Assembly: GCA_964057225.1 (NCBI GenBank)
Contig: OZ059895.1
Coordinates: 6,572,001 to 6,636,000 of the forward strand
Length of the DNA: 64,000 nucleotides
Source of the DNA: Auanema rhodensis
Lineage: Eukaryota; Animalia; Nematoda
Direction: 5' to 3'
The notes below the pieces were generated by a model. The model saw nothing but the letters and a program-made list of their open reading frames with translations. It was not told where the DNA came from and did no database searches. The position numbers and the translations under genes were made by a program. The stretch's first letter is position 1; every line of letters begins with the position of its first letter. Below, in pieces: positions 37,502-61,640 of the stretch.

Positions 37502-40500
37502 ACAGCCTCACCTTTCCTATGCAGGTATGTATATCAGTGTTTTGAAAATGAAGAAAAATGTCAATAAAAGGACATATGAGATAGTACGGCATAAGAGGAC
37601 AGAAATTGAAAGAGCCAGATTGTTAGAGAAAATTCACGAAATAGTAAACATTTTTTTGATAAAATAAAAAGTTAATAAGAAACAGAGAGTTTGTTGGTAG
37701 GACAAAAGCAAAAAGTAGAGAGAGAAAGGAAGAGAAAGAAGCAGAAGTATTACAACGTGGTGGTCGATCGAGAGAAAAGTGAGACAAATCTGAAAAAAAA
37801 AGAAACACGAATAGCGAGATTCAGAATCATGAGAAGAAGAACAGATACTGAAACATCAGTAGAAAGAGAGGAAGAAGAAGAAAAATAGAGAGAGGGAATG
37901 ATAGACAGAAACAATAAGCGATGATCCAACGACAACCCTCTATCGTTCTTCTACTATCTTATTCTTTCATATTCTTTCCTATCTGACGCTCCAAGCGATA
38001 TTGATACATCACATACTTACATACACAATTTTTTGAGTTCATTCTTCATTGTTAAAAGAGAGAGAGAGAAAGAGAGAGAGCGAGAGAGAGAGAGAGAGAG
38101 AAGAGATAGAGAGAAAAAATACGTAAGTATGTGTGTGTGTGTGTGTGTGATGATAGAGAAGCATGTTTGAAGTCATAACGTCCCATCTTGATCTTTCTAT
38201 CTTCACCATCATTATCATCATTTTATTTTTTTGAACATTTATGTATATGTATGGAACAAATAGCTTCCAATATCTTCATTCACATACATTTGCACATGCT
38301 TCTGATGTGAAATCTTATAGATCCAATCAGACGGTTTCGTTCCCACTTCTCCATCCTAACGGCTTTTCCTCAGGCCGAATCATAACGTCCGCAATACAGA
38401 TTGGAGCAAAAGTGCTTTTCACACTTACATTTCCTCTCTGTGTTCATTTTTTTCTTTTTCTTCAAGTCTTCTGTTTCGTTTACGATCGGATTTAGTAACT
38501 TGGAAGCCATTCACGTCATAGCATCATGTTCTTTCATATACTTTCCTAATATTCATGACACTTCATATCCTGTTTTATTCATTTTTTTTCTTTTTCTCTC
38601 CTCTTTATCACAAAAATTTTCTTTTCTTTCCCTCATTTTCTAATGTTGATTGTCAAAGCATTTTCTTATTGATTTTATTTGTATCTTTCTATTGTTTTTC
38701 TCAGTTATCTTCTATTGATTTTTCATATTGTTCCATTCTATTGTTCTTTTTTAACAATTAGCCTTTATATTTTACGTGAAATGTTACGTGAACTGTCGAA
38801 GCATCATCATCATCATCATTTTTCTTAAGTGCAAACATTGAGAACGGTTGTGTCCACCTATCTAGCCTATACTCTTAGTCTTCTCTATCTCTGTATCCCT
38901 TGTTCTCTCTTTTTCCCTCTCATTTTCCTTTTCTTTTCTTATATTCCTATCTCTTTATCTCTATTCCTCTCATTTTTTCTCTCCCTCACTCGCTCATCCT
39001 CACACGTTTTGTCCGCCCTCGCACGTCGTCGGACTGATGATCAGCCCCCCGAGGGCTCTTCCTTCATACCCCTCCTTCTCACCCTTCTTCCATACTCCCC
39101 CCCTCCTCTATCGTCATCCTCATTTTGTCCTCTTTATGTCTTCTTCTCATCTTCTTTTTTTCACAAACCAAGCCTCACATATCCATCTGAAACCTATTTG
39201 AACTTCAACATTGCAACTTGACCGTGATTTCAACTCACAATTTAGCTTAATCCTCACTTTTTTGTTCCATTAATGCTTTTGATTTTTTTCATTTGAATTA
39301 ATCTCAAAATTTTGTCACCCATTGGGATATTTCCGTTTATGTTCTTGTGTAAGCTGAAAAACTTTTCCGTTCTACCACCAAACTTCATCAGATAGCTATG
39401 CAATTTCAGATGTCGTTTTCATCTTTGATTTCTTTTCTTATTCAAGTTTGAACTCATCTTTTCAAGTTTTACGCAACTTTAGCCATGCTTGTAGTTTATT
39501 GTAAAAATAATCACCTGGCTTCTCAGAATAGAATCTATGTTCTATTCTTGCATATCCCCTCCGACAACTTGACGGCGATTTCACCCTGCTCCGTCATTAT
39601 TCTCCTCCCCCACCCCTCCGTCTTCTCTCTCTATCTTTTACCTCTCTTCCTCTCCTTTTATTTCTAATCATATTTCTGTTTTTCTCTGACCCTCTATGTG
39701 ATTCTCTCCTTTTCTGTTTCTTCTCTTTCCATATTAGTTCAATTCTTCTTATTTGAAAAGCTCAATATCTTCACGTTTGTTTCTTACATGCCATCAGACG
39801 ACGTGTCAAATGAGTAGACTTTGCTCATCTCGAACTCATCTGAATCGTAGAAATTTGAGACGATATTGAGAAAAGATGCAGCATCCGTGGCAGCGATCAG
39901 CTTGCTCTTCCCGAAGTGAGCTTTGCGTTAGAGATGAAAGAAGTACCATGACGTTAGTAAGAGTAATAGTTCAGCTTCATGAATGGATAATGCTGCTTCT
40001 TTTCTACTTCTGATTGATATAGCTTTTCCTTCTACCTAGTTCAGTAATCTTCCAGTATGCCGTCCTAAGCTTCAGCTATATGAAATCGTTTTGTGTGACC
40101 TGATGGTCTATTAGTTGAATCTCTGGCTTCAGCTCCTGATTCGATCTCTGATTCTTCTATCTGTTATCTGTTGTCAAAATTTCCTTTATATGATTACAAG
40201 CTTTTCAACTCCTAGAACTCCTCCCCTTTGACTAACCAGCAAGCCAGCAATAGAGCAGCAGCCAAGTATAGAGCCTTCACTTGCGGCAGTCCTCATGTTT
40301 CCATGGCAGCTGATAGCCGACTTGCCTTATATCATCCGACCTTTTTTCCATTTTCAACCTTCTCTTCCCCTTTATTTCCTTCTCTTAATCATTTTAAACA
40401 TTGATGGAAATGATTTTTCTTTTTTCTCTGTTTCCCTAGCCATCATACTTATCCTTTTTCGCTTTTTCATGCACTCCATACTCTAGCTTTTCATTCTTCC

Positions 40501-40712
40501 TCCTCCACAACCTACTCTCTTTCTCCTTTTCTCCTTCTTTTTTCAATATTTCCTTTTTCTTTCTTTTTTTATATTTTGAGATATAAGCTGGTGTTGAAGC
40601 ACTTGCTACCTTCATCTCTTACCAATACTCCCCATTTTACTCCAAAAAACGCTCAACACTTCATAGTATCTATATAGCTCACACACCCTATAGTTCCTAT
40701 CTTTCTCTCTCT

Positions 40713-40763
<51 letters not shown>

Positions 40764-42115
40764 AGTTTCATTTCTCGCTTTCCCTCTTAGCAGTTTTAAC
40801 TATTTTTTGATTGTTTCACATAATATTAGGTGTTTCTATCACAGATTTGAATGATTATTCTGATTATCTTTTCCTCCCTCTATATTTCTCTTTTTTATTT
40901 TCGCTCACTCATTCTCTGTTTCATCCTTTCTATATATTTCTCAAGATTCATCTTAATTTAAATTATTACGTATATTAAGTCTCGCTCTATTGCTCAGATT
41001 GTGCTCTATTTCTAATAAGATCTCACCTGAGAGCAAACTTAGCTCCCAAACATGACCAAAGAGTCGGAATGAGTTAGCTAGTTGGAGAGACGGAGAGAGA
41101 GCAAGCAATGTTGAAAAGGAAGAGAGAGAGGGGTGGAGTAGGAAGAGAGAAAAGAGTGCCGACTGAATCGAAACAGCCGCACTCGTTCCCGCGAGTCTCT
41201 CCTACTAGGCTCCAGTTGGGTTCCGGCTTCCAGTCCCCACAAGGTTCATGCTTCGAAGTCTCCGTGTTTGAGCCTTCAGCTAGTCCTAGTCTATTCTGTT
41301 CCATTCATCGTTTTGCCTGTTTATGTCTGTTTTTTCTCGTCCATCACCTAAGCATTGCTCAATGTTTGTGATGTCTTTGTACTCACTCATCCAGTATAAC
41401 TCAACTCTTCTGTTATCTTGTTTAACTGACAATGTGACTCGGAGATTTTTCGAAAAGAACATGATATCATACACATCAATATCCACTACAACATCCTTTT
41501 CTCATCATCTTCATCATCATCAACGTCTTCTTCTTCTTCTTCTTCAGCAGCATAGGCCTCATTTGTCCTAACCCTTCCCTTTTCTCTACGTTGCCCCCTA
41601 CACCACCACGACATACACAACGTCTTTCCCACCTCTACTGCCCCCCCCACCCCATCCCCATCCACCATTCCATCTTGTCGTTCTTGGCGACACATACACG
41701 TTGTCATCATCTTGGACGTCGTTGTGTCTTTATAAATCCCCCTCTTTCTCTCTCTAATTCTCTCTCATTCTCTTTCTTTCTCTTTTAAATATTTCTCGAA
41801 TCAGAAGCATGAACAGTAACTATATTACTTTATCAGATTATTGTGCTCATTTCTAACCACAGCTTTAACGAATTCCTTATCAAACAACTTCTTCTCAATT
41901 TCATATTTTCTCCGCCTTTCATTTTAAATGTTTCTTGACAGTGTCGTTTGTTCACTTCTTATCTATGGGATGCTTATTGATCTTAAACATTTCGCTTTTT
42001 CTTGTCGTTCCTCGTTATATGATGCTTGCTCTCTATGTGTATCCTGGACTCTAGTCTCACGTAATTTCACGTATATTTTTCCAGTTTGGAAGGAAAGTGG
42101 TTTGGAAGACAGACT

Positions 42116-52953
<10,838 letters not shown>

Positions 52954-52959
52954 GTAGCA

Positions 52960-53019
52960 AGGGCGCCGATTGGCGGCAACTGGTGGCACGTTTGAGGGTT
53001 TGACGCCAATTGGTGCCCT
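52960..53019 (+). other. GC-rich RNA stem-loop immediately 3' of the mef-2 stop codon
   Basis: AGGGCGCCGATTGGCG pairs with CGCCAATTGGTGCCCT over 16 contiguous pairs, two of them G-U. Confidence 0.75.
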
Positions 53020-53471
53020 GTGTACCCAGCCTAGCTCATCTTTTTTCATTTTTTTTTGCATCAGGCAGAGCTATTCCTCGTTCTTAAGCGATATCTTTTC
53101 AAAGTCCATCCTCAGAAACGGCTAATTTCCATGCGCACCACAAAAACACGGTTTATCAAAATTTGAGTTTTTCCTTTCGATTCCCCGGTTTTTATGCGAT
53201 CCCGATTCTGTTTAAAACATCTATAAACAAAACATTATTACAAATATATAAATAAAGTTCGATACTATACGAATATATTATATATAATATAAATATATAT
53301 ATGATTGTGCTCTATAAATAAGTATCACAGAGTAATTATGATTTATCCCAATCCCCCAATCCTACTGTTTTTCCTCATAGGTGACCTCAAAAGTAGTTAA
53401 CGTTAATTCACGCTTAGAATGATTCTTTTTTCCAATTTTATATGCAATGTGTGAAATGATATCAGATGTGT

Positions 53472-53491
53472 AACAATAAAATTTTATTGTT
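53472..53491. terminator. Palindromic bidirectional polyadenylation signal candidate between convergent mef-2 and gei-17
   Basis: AACAATAAAATTTTATTGTT is its own reverse complement. AATAAA lies at 53475-53480 (+) and 53483-53488 (-). Confidence 0.6.
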
Positions 53492-53761
53492 TATCATGCT
53501 GAAAATTGAGGTATTTGTTACAGACAGATGATTTATCTATTAATCGATAAAGACGTCATAAAAAGATGAGATGCATATTCAAATGTTTAAAAAATGATAT
53601 ACAACTATTTGCGAGAATAGGTAGCCATTAAAAAACCGGGTTAAACTCTATATAAGTATGATACCCCGTGTCATTCAATCATACCAAACAATAAAATGAC
53701 CAAGTCAGTTATATAAGATATGACTACACGAACCGTCTATGATTTACAAGTATATTGTTCA

Positions 53762-56760
53762 TTATTTATTCCGAAAATCAGGGGCATAGCTTGGATCATT
53801 CTGCAAACTCTGCAACGCCTGAAGAGGAGAAGCTCATTCATTGAAAAAGGTAAGAGGTACCAACCTGGGCCAAGTTCATTCGACCGGTATCGTATCGTTC
53901 TGAGGGAGGAGGAGGAGGAGGCTGAGGTGGAGCTCGATACCCATATGCTGATGGAAACTGCTGCTGCCTACCTATGAAACTGTTAGGCGGTGGTACATGC
54001 TGAAAACTCATGCTGTTGGGAGGCATTCCGGTGCCGTTAGACCAAATCCCCGGTAATCTATTCATCTATAAAAATAAACATCAAACTACAATGATCTACG
54101 AAAATGTACCGCATTCTGGCCGGGCATCCCAAAAAAATTGTTAGGGGCATTGACTTGGGTCATACGAAACATGGGTTGTTCAAATGTCATATTCAGCCTA
54201 TGAGGTGGAATTGAATTTCCTCCCATCGTAGGAGCCGCCGTTACTGCTGGCGGCATGGGGGGAGGTAAGGGAACAGATGATGAGTGTGGTGCTGAAACTG
54301 GTTGAACAATTTGCCGTACAGGAAATTTACTCTGAAATATCAAAAAATATTTAATTCGCAGATAACACACGACATACAGATGACATAGGAATGTTATTCG
54401 GATTACTGGGACCTGGAATAATGCTCTGAGAAATTGTTGGACGTTGAACTGGTCGTGGAGGAGTATCATCCAATATTATTACGGAATTATCAGAACTACA
54501 TGGACTGCTGGGATAATTCTGCTTGCTGGGCTCGATTGCTGACATGATGGCGACAGAATTTTGTACTGCTCTCTGCATATCTACGTCATCATCATCGGAA
54601 TCACTTAACGCTGTAAGATCACGATAAATAAATTAAATAAAAAATTAAATTCTTACTAATGATATCATCTTCGGGTTTTGGTTTAGAAACTACAGTTGGA
54701 TTAGTAACAGAAATTGGTTTGTGATTAGTTTTGGTTGAAGTACTGGGACCCTCAAGAGATACAATATCTTCAGCGTTATCATCGCTACTAGATAAATCCT
54801 GAACCTGAAAGAAAAATAACAGTTAGTAAATAGCTGATAAATTCAACAAACCTCTTCCTTTATAGTTCGATAACCGCCATCACGAAGAAGTTCAACTTCC
54901 GTAACATTCCTGTCTACAGAATTCAATACATCCTCAAAATACCTAAGACATCTAACAGTAAATTAAAGTAATTGGGAAGGAAAAAAACCCGTCAATAATC
55001 AAATTATTATAATGACATGGACCGGAACAAACAGCACATTTCCATGTTGGTCTTTTCTCGTTCATATCCAAAAACAATTTCAAGTCAAAACATTGAAGAT
55101 GAGTACATTCTCGTCCTCGAGCTGGCAAAATCATTCTAATTTTGCCCAACTGAAATGTAAACTTTCAAAAAAAGAGAAAAAAACTTCAAACATACCGGAC
55201 AAAGTAAGCTCACTTTAATTTGTGATAGTGAGATACCATCATCATCGCCTGATAGCCTTCGAATAATAGTCTGTTTCGTAATTTCACTAGTCTAAAATAC
55301 ATTAAATTAAAATAATACACAACTAAGAAACAATAGCTCGTCATTTTTAAAAGAAAGTAAATAAATAAATATCTTTGAATTATACAATATCTAATGGGTT
55401 AATAAGAAATATATAAAAATAAAAATTAATAATATCTAAAAATATCTTACCAGTCGAACTGCACTATTCTCATTGGCACGATCAAATAAAATTTGTGATG
55501 TAACACGGCGAACCTAAAGTAAAATTAATATGTATGACACATTAAAATCTAGTTTACTTTATAAATTCCACAAGCCCATGTCCTTCGATCTGCACTCCAT
55601 TCAACTGATAATCTGAAAAAAACATGTTTAATTTCGATAGAAAAATTGCTTTTAAATATTCAAAATTATGAAAGAAAAGAACTAACGTATGAGGAACATT
55701 TATAGGTCTAGGAGGGCAGCAATATTGAGTTATATTCACAGGCCTTGAAGGCCTTTTAGGTTCAGCATTGGGTTTATTGGTGGGAATTACATTCTAAATT
55801 ATGTTTTATAAACATCAACCAAAAACAAATATACCGGTAAGACAACTACTTGATCATCTAATCTAACAAAGCAATTAAGGGGAAAATCATCAACTTGTTC
55901 TTGGGCTTGATAATCTCCCGTAATATTGAAAAACCTGAAAAAACAATTTTACAATCTTTCGAGGGAAAAAAATAACCTGAGCTGTAACTCCAGTCGGGGA
56001 AGGTCTTTTTCCCGTTTATCCTTGAATTCAAGTATGTCTGAAGCACTGAGACCAAAAGATATTAAATTTTTAACCTGAAAATTCCAAGGTTTCCTTGAAA
56101 ATATAAAAATCAGTACAGTTTTTATCGCTCCCATTAGAGGGGGAAGCTCAACAGGCTCCACAAGGGTTGCAATTAGATCATAAAATGGTAGTACCATCGG
56201 CCTAAGACCTTTCACCAGACGAAGCTAAAGCGACAAATTATAAACAACTAAAATTTCAATATGCAACCGAGTTCTGTTTGGGAGGCATTACATTGTGATT
56301 ATAATTTTGGGTAGGAGCTGTATATCCATTGTTCATTCGTCTGGACATAAAATAAAATAAAATAATCTTTTCTAACTCAAACGATATATATAAAGCAAAA
56401 ACTAAAACTAACTGAACAAGCTGCTGAGGGTAGGGAGCAGGTCGCGCAGGGGCAGCTCGTCTCATTAAGTCATCAACCTATCCACATTTTGAATTTCTCA
56501 GTTGTGAAAAACTCACAAACTTACCGTTGATACAAATTTCAGTTGAGAAGTAGGAGAATGTAATAAACTAACACACCGGTGAATAAGTTCTTGCTTTTTA
56601 CCCAATTTTGGCAAATTAAAAACTATTAATATGGACTGTAGTTCGTTTACCCGCAATCCAGATACTAAACTCTAAAAAAAAATTAAAAGGGTTAGCATAA
56701 AGAATGTTGCCGAGTTAGTCGCACTTCATATTTCAGTAAATCCGCTCGTGATAGTGACAT
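53762..56760 (-). CDS. gei-17: PIAS/Siz SUMO E3 ligase
   Basis: SAP domain (LRVNELQSIL...GKKQELIHR), LPFYDLIATLVEPVEL, ELQLR, PINIT motif KRPSRPVNITQY, SP-RING (CP..GKIRMILPARGRECTHLQCFDL...KRPTWKCAVC), and SIM/acidic segments. It ends PDFRNK-TAA. Confidence 0.94.
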
Positions 56761-57082
56761 CGAAAAGGCTCAGAGGTGTGAAGAGTTCGAAACTCCACAG
56801 ACCTTAAAATTTTGACAACTACCTCCAATATCCTGTAAGCAAGGTTAGATACTTAAACACAAAGAAAAGCGAGCGCTAAGTGGATTGCATGTATATAAGG
56901 TAATAATAAAAATGTACATATACAGAAATTAGAAACGCTGTTAATTCCTCCTCGTGGAGAACTCAACGTGGTCACATAGGCCATGTGAAATTTGAATTAA
57001 GAACAAACAAAACCAATAAACATTTATGATTTATATTTACTAATTGGCTAACAAACTATCGAACACCAAAGTTTCATATTTT

Positions 57083-58412
57083 CTATCTTCTGTACCAAAG
57101 TTGAGCTTCTCTCTTTCTCTTAATTTTCTTCTGAAGCTGAAGAACTCCATATAGAAGAGCCTGCAATAATATATATCTCTAAAATATATTGAGAAATTAA
57201 AAAAACCTCAGCAGTTGGTGGACATCCTGGAACGTAAATATCAACGGGAATAATACGATCACATCCTCTCACAACTGAATAAGCATAGTGATAATAGCCA
57301 CCACCGTTAGCACAGGATCCCATAGAGATAACCCATCTGAAGCAGTATGATGTTAAAGATATCTGCTTGACTGAAATGTCTCGTGATTCGAGTACTGCTA
57401 ATGGGAACGTGATAGGAAATTATTTAAACCCAAATTATTTTAGGTTGAGCGCTCAGAAGGACCTCGCGGGTAATCGATAATATTGATTGGGCCGCTGTGA
57501 CGTCATAACAGCTGCATCAAAAAACCAAAAAAGTATCCTGAATAGCAGAAACTAGATTTCATCTAGACATACCGTCCAAGATTCATAAATTATGAATTAT
57601 TTGTAATAAGTGACAAATAAATGACCAATACACAATGAGCGAGAAAAGGTTAAAGCTGTTAACTAACTGAGAGAAGAAGGAAGTGAGATTTAATTTGCAA
57701 AAATTTAAATCAAAATATTCTTTAAGGATGTACTTTTTGAATGATTAATCGCCTTTACATTGTATATCATTCAAAATGCCAAAAATTTTAAATCTGTCAA
57801 ATCGCGCCAAAAGGGTCAGAACACGTGTGACGTCATTTTCATGGAATAGTACTCCATTCGTGGATATATATATTTGTTTATACGTACTTAGCCTCTGGCA
57901 TTTGATCATAAATTCTGCGTAAAGCAGGAGCCATCTTGTTGGTAACTGTACCCGCAACAAAAATAAGATCAGCCTATATGTATAAATATATAAATAATAT
58001 ACTTCATAAATTGAAACCTGTCTTGGAGAAGCACGGAAAACGACTCCATAACGATCCATATCATATCTTGGAGCAGCGAAATGCATCATTTCTACAGCAC
58101 AACAAGCAAGACCTAAACACCAGAGTATAAAAATACAAATAATTAATTTACCGAAGGTAAGTGGCCAAAGGGAACCACGCTGAGCAAGGTTCATAACATC
58201 ATCAAGACGAGCAAGGGCATATTCTCCACTAGATGAAGATTCCAAGAAAGGTGTTCCTTAATATATCTTGTTATAACTCTCAAATAATGTATAGACGTAC
58301 CTGTTTTTCCAATTCCCTTTGGAGCTTCACTGGTACTAGGAAGAGTTGGAGTGGCTGAAGCCAACCCACGAATTGGAGAAACGAAAACAGCGCGACGAAG
58401 CGCTGACAACAT
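57083..58412 (-). CDS. nduf-7: NADH:ubiquinone oxidoreductase PSST subunit (NDUFS7)
   Basis: Mitochondrial presequence [74 protein letters not shown], and the end QLWYRR-TAG. Confidence 0.97.
57485..57835. promoter_or_regulatory. Promoter-like motif cluster within the long nduf-7 intron
   Basis: ATTGG/CCAAT (57486-57490), TGACGTCA (57498-57505 and 57828-57835), E2F-like TCGCGCCAAAA (57802-57812) and CACGTG (57822-57827). Confidence 0.45.
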
Positions 58413-59017
58413 TCCTTAAAATTATTTTAATTCTACTTGAAGAAACAGTATTTTCATTACAATTCAAAGCATTCAAAAAAAATTTTAAAGACTGAAGTAG
58501 ATGAGCAATTATATTGATGAGAATAAAATATTTTAGAAAATATTTGTTTATTACTTTTTATTAACTTACTTAAATTTATTAATATATATAATTTTAAAAA
58601 AATTCTACTTCGTAGTATTAAAAAAATTAAAATAGCTATTCGCAATGTGCGCACAAACGTTGTATTTGCTGAATATACACTATAGCAGATGCCATGAAGC
58701 AGTTGCTTCAAAAAAAAAAAGTTGTAACCACTTCAATTCATATTTCATTATTATATTATTATAATACGAAAAATTAAAATAAATAACAAGTTTAAATATA
58801 TCTCCGCTCAAATAGGTTGGGAGACATCTGTTTTGTTTTTACAAATGACGGCCGTTCTTTGCGTTTTCTCGTGGCAACTTATTCCCGCTCTTCCTTTAAT
58901 TTCTACACTTATATCATAATCTTTCTGGATTTATTTTTCTCTATTGATATAGTCTTATTTTTATCTGTTGATAAAACTTCAAATATATTATTATTATTAT
59001 GAGTTTCTTGTATTCAG

Positions 59018-61640
59018 ATGAGACTCGGAGAAGAGGATGAACCTTCCACTTCTCGAAATTATGCTCCATATGTAGCGGCGGACAGAAAAGATGGATTGTT
59101 TGGATATGAAAAAAATATAGTAATTCCTCCTCCGTGGTCGAAGAAGCGATATAGTTTGTCGATCGAAGGGTATTTTACAATAGCTATGTTATATCGTTAT
59201 ATTGTTCTATTTTTGTTTTAAGATTACACGAAGAAATATTGGATGTTTATCATTGGCTTAAACCATCAACTTTAGAAAAGGCTATTAGATTTAAAGTTTT
59301 TCAAAGAGTATGTTGATATTTATTCCGTAGATGAGTTAAAGTTTAGGTACAAGACGCTATTAAAGAAAAATGGAAAGATAATGATGTGAAAGTGTCTGTT
59401 TTTGGCAGTTTACGCACTCAGTTGTTTTTACCGACTTCTGATATAGATGTGTTAGTTGAATGTAATGAATGGGGTAACGATTTGTCGTCTGTTTTACAGG
59501 TTTCATTTATTTTATATTTGTTTTCCAAATAACCTTTTCAGGCAACTGCTGAAGCTTTAAAAGCTTCGGGAATGGCTGAAACCATATCAGTGTATGGTGA
59601 AGCCTTTGTACCAATTGTTAAAATGGTTGACAAGGATACACGCTTATCGATAGATATTTCTTTTAACACTGTTCAAGGAGTTAAAGCAGCAGATTATATT
59701 GAAAGGGTAATAATAATCAATTGAGAATTTCTTGATTCAAAATTTATTTGAGGTGAAACAAGAATTCCCTGTTGTTGAACCTTTGGTGTTAATTCTAAAA
59801 CAATTCCTTATTCAAAGAAATTTGAATCAAACTTATACAGGTGGATTGTCATCATATGGCTTAATTCTTATGTTAATCAGCTTTTTGCAAGTATGCTATT
59901 GACTAGTTAAATATAGTGTATCTAAAGAATTATAGATTTACGGGATGCCAGTACGTGGAAAATCTATGTACAGTGGAGGGGTTAATTTAGGTGAACTACT
60001 TATGCGATTTTTTGAAGTTTATGCTCAAGTAAGAAAACATTATTTTGAATATGTTATTATAAAGTTCTCAGGAGTTCAACTACCTAGAAGTAGGGATCTC
60101 AGTATATAATTGCTGTTATAAAAAGAAATGCAGTAAGCCAGGAGAGATGGATGCTGTACTTTCCTTGGAAGACCCTTTGTTGCCAAGTCGGCTATCTTTT
60201 CTATGAAGAAAAAATATTAATTATTTTTAGCTAATGAAGTTGGCCGTTCAACATTTAATTTTGTAGGAATTCAGACTGCATTTGCTCAAGCGTTACAGGT
60301 TTTGTTAAGTGTTTTCTGATACGTTTTTTAAGTACTTTTCAGGTCCTGAAAGGTGTATTTGTCCATGATCGGAGGAAAAGTCGCTTATTTAGTTCCAAAC
60401 TCTATGGTGGCAGTATGTTGTCTCTTATTATGCCCTTCACTCCTCAACAGATTCAGTATAGAAACTGGCTCAAGGTGAGCGACAAGGTATGCATTTGCTT
60501 GATGCTTGCGCTTAAAATTCCGTGTATGCTGATAAGAGCTACTGTGTTCTGATGCATTATTGAGCTTTGCTGCATTTTTTCGGATTAATCTGATTTATCA
60601 ATGATTCTCTTATGTTGAGATCAAATTTAACTGCTTTGCTTTTTATTTGTCCTTCGAGTGCTTACATTTTGTTCAACATTAACTTTAACATTAACCTGAA
60701 AGTCTTACAGAGTTTTTCCATGACATATCCAGGGGAACCTATTCGAGCAACTCAGTTGATTACGAACACTTTCTTAGCGCCGGTAACATATGATTTCAAA
60801 GTCCAATAAAGTTATTTTTAGTATTTTTAGATTGTAAATCTTGATACACTCGACTGGCACACTATAGCGTTTGCTGTGCCTAAACATACCAAACGTTTAA
60901 CCATTTCTCCACCCGAGGAAAAGACAGCAGGTTGCGCTTAGCAGGTCTTAACTAGCAACATACTAGCATTTTAGCAAAATCTGACGAAGAGACACATGAC
61001 GGTACCGATAAGAACAGGAATAATAAATGGTATCCCCCAAGTGATTCTCAATCAGATTCTCATAGCCCCAACGAGAACAATAACGTAAGCAATCTTGTGA
61101 TTTACTAGTTATTCTTAAATTTGTATCTTATAGCAAAATAAGCCAAATGATTTTTATAATGATCTCAATAATGTTAGAAATTCTATGAACTCTATTAGAG
61201 TCGATGACCATCCAATGAATGAGCGATCTCAGGATTCGCATCATTACCCTTCAAATGACAACTTTGATCTAAAATCTCAAGCTCCAATCCCGTAAGATTT
61301 TTTAAAATAAATATTTTGAGTTAATTGAATTTACAGTGCTTATATGAATAACCGCAACAACTCATACTACAATCGACCTCGAAATGCTCCACCAAATATG
61401 AAGTTTAGAAAGACAAAAAAGAGCATGGAACGTCGTCATAAAAATGCTGAGGTTTTTTATTTTATCAATTTTGTTTTTACAGTATTATTTCAGAATCGTT
61501 CTGAAAATCAGCAACTGCCTGACTCAACCCCTTTTGCAAAAGCAAATTACGCTTCTGCAGCCGCACTCACAGAGTGTATGCGATCATCTGACGATGGTGA
61601 TAACAGCGAGCAGGGTTCAGTTAAAAGCGTTTGTATATAG
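59018..61640 (+). CDS. gld-4: Non-canonical poly(A) polymerase, TRF4/PAPD5 family
   Basis: PPWSKKRYSLSIEGLHEEILDVYHWLKPS, catalytic VFGSLRTQLFLPTSDIDVL, FVPIVKMVD..SIDISFN, LILKQFLIQRNLNQTYTGGLSSYGLILM, NLGELLMRFFEVY, LEDPLLP.NEVGRS. The C-terminus is uncertain: a further acceptor at ~61706 could add a last exon. Confidence 0.9.
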
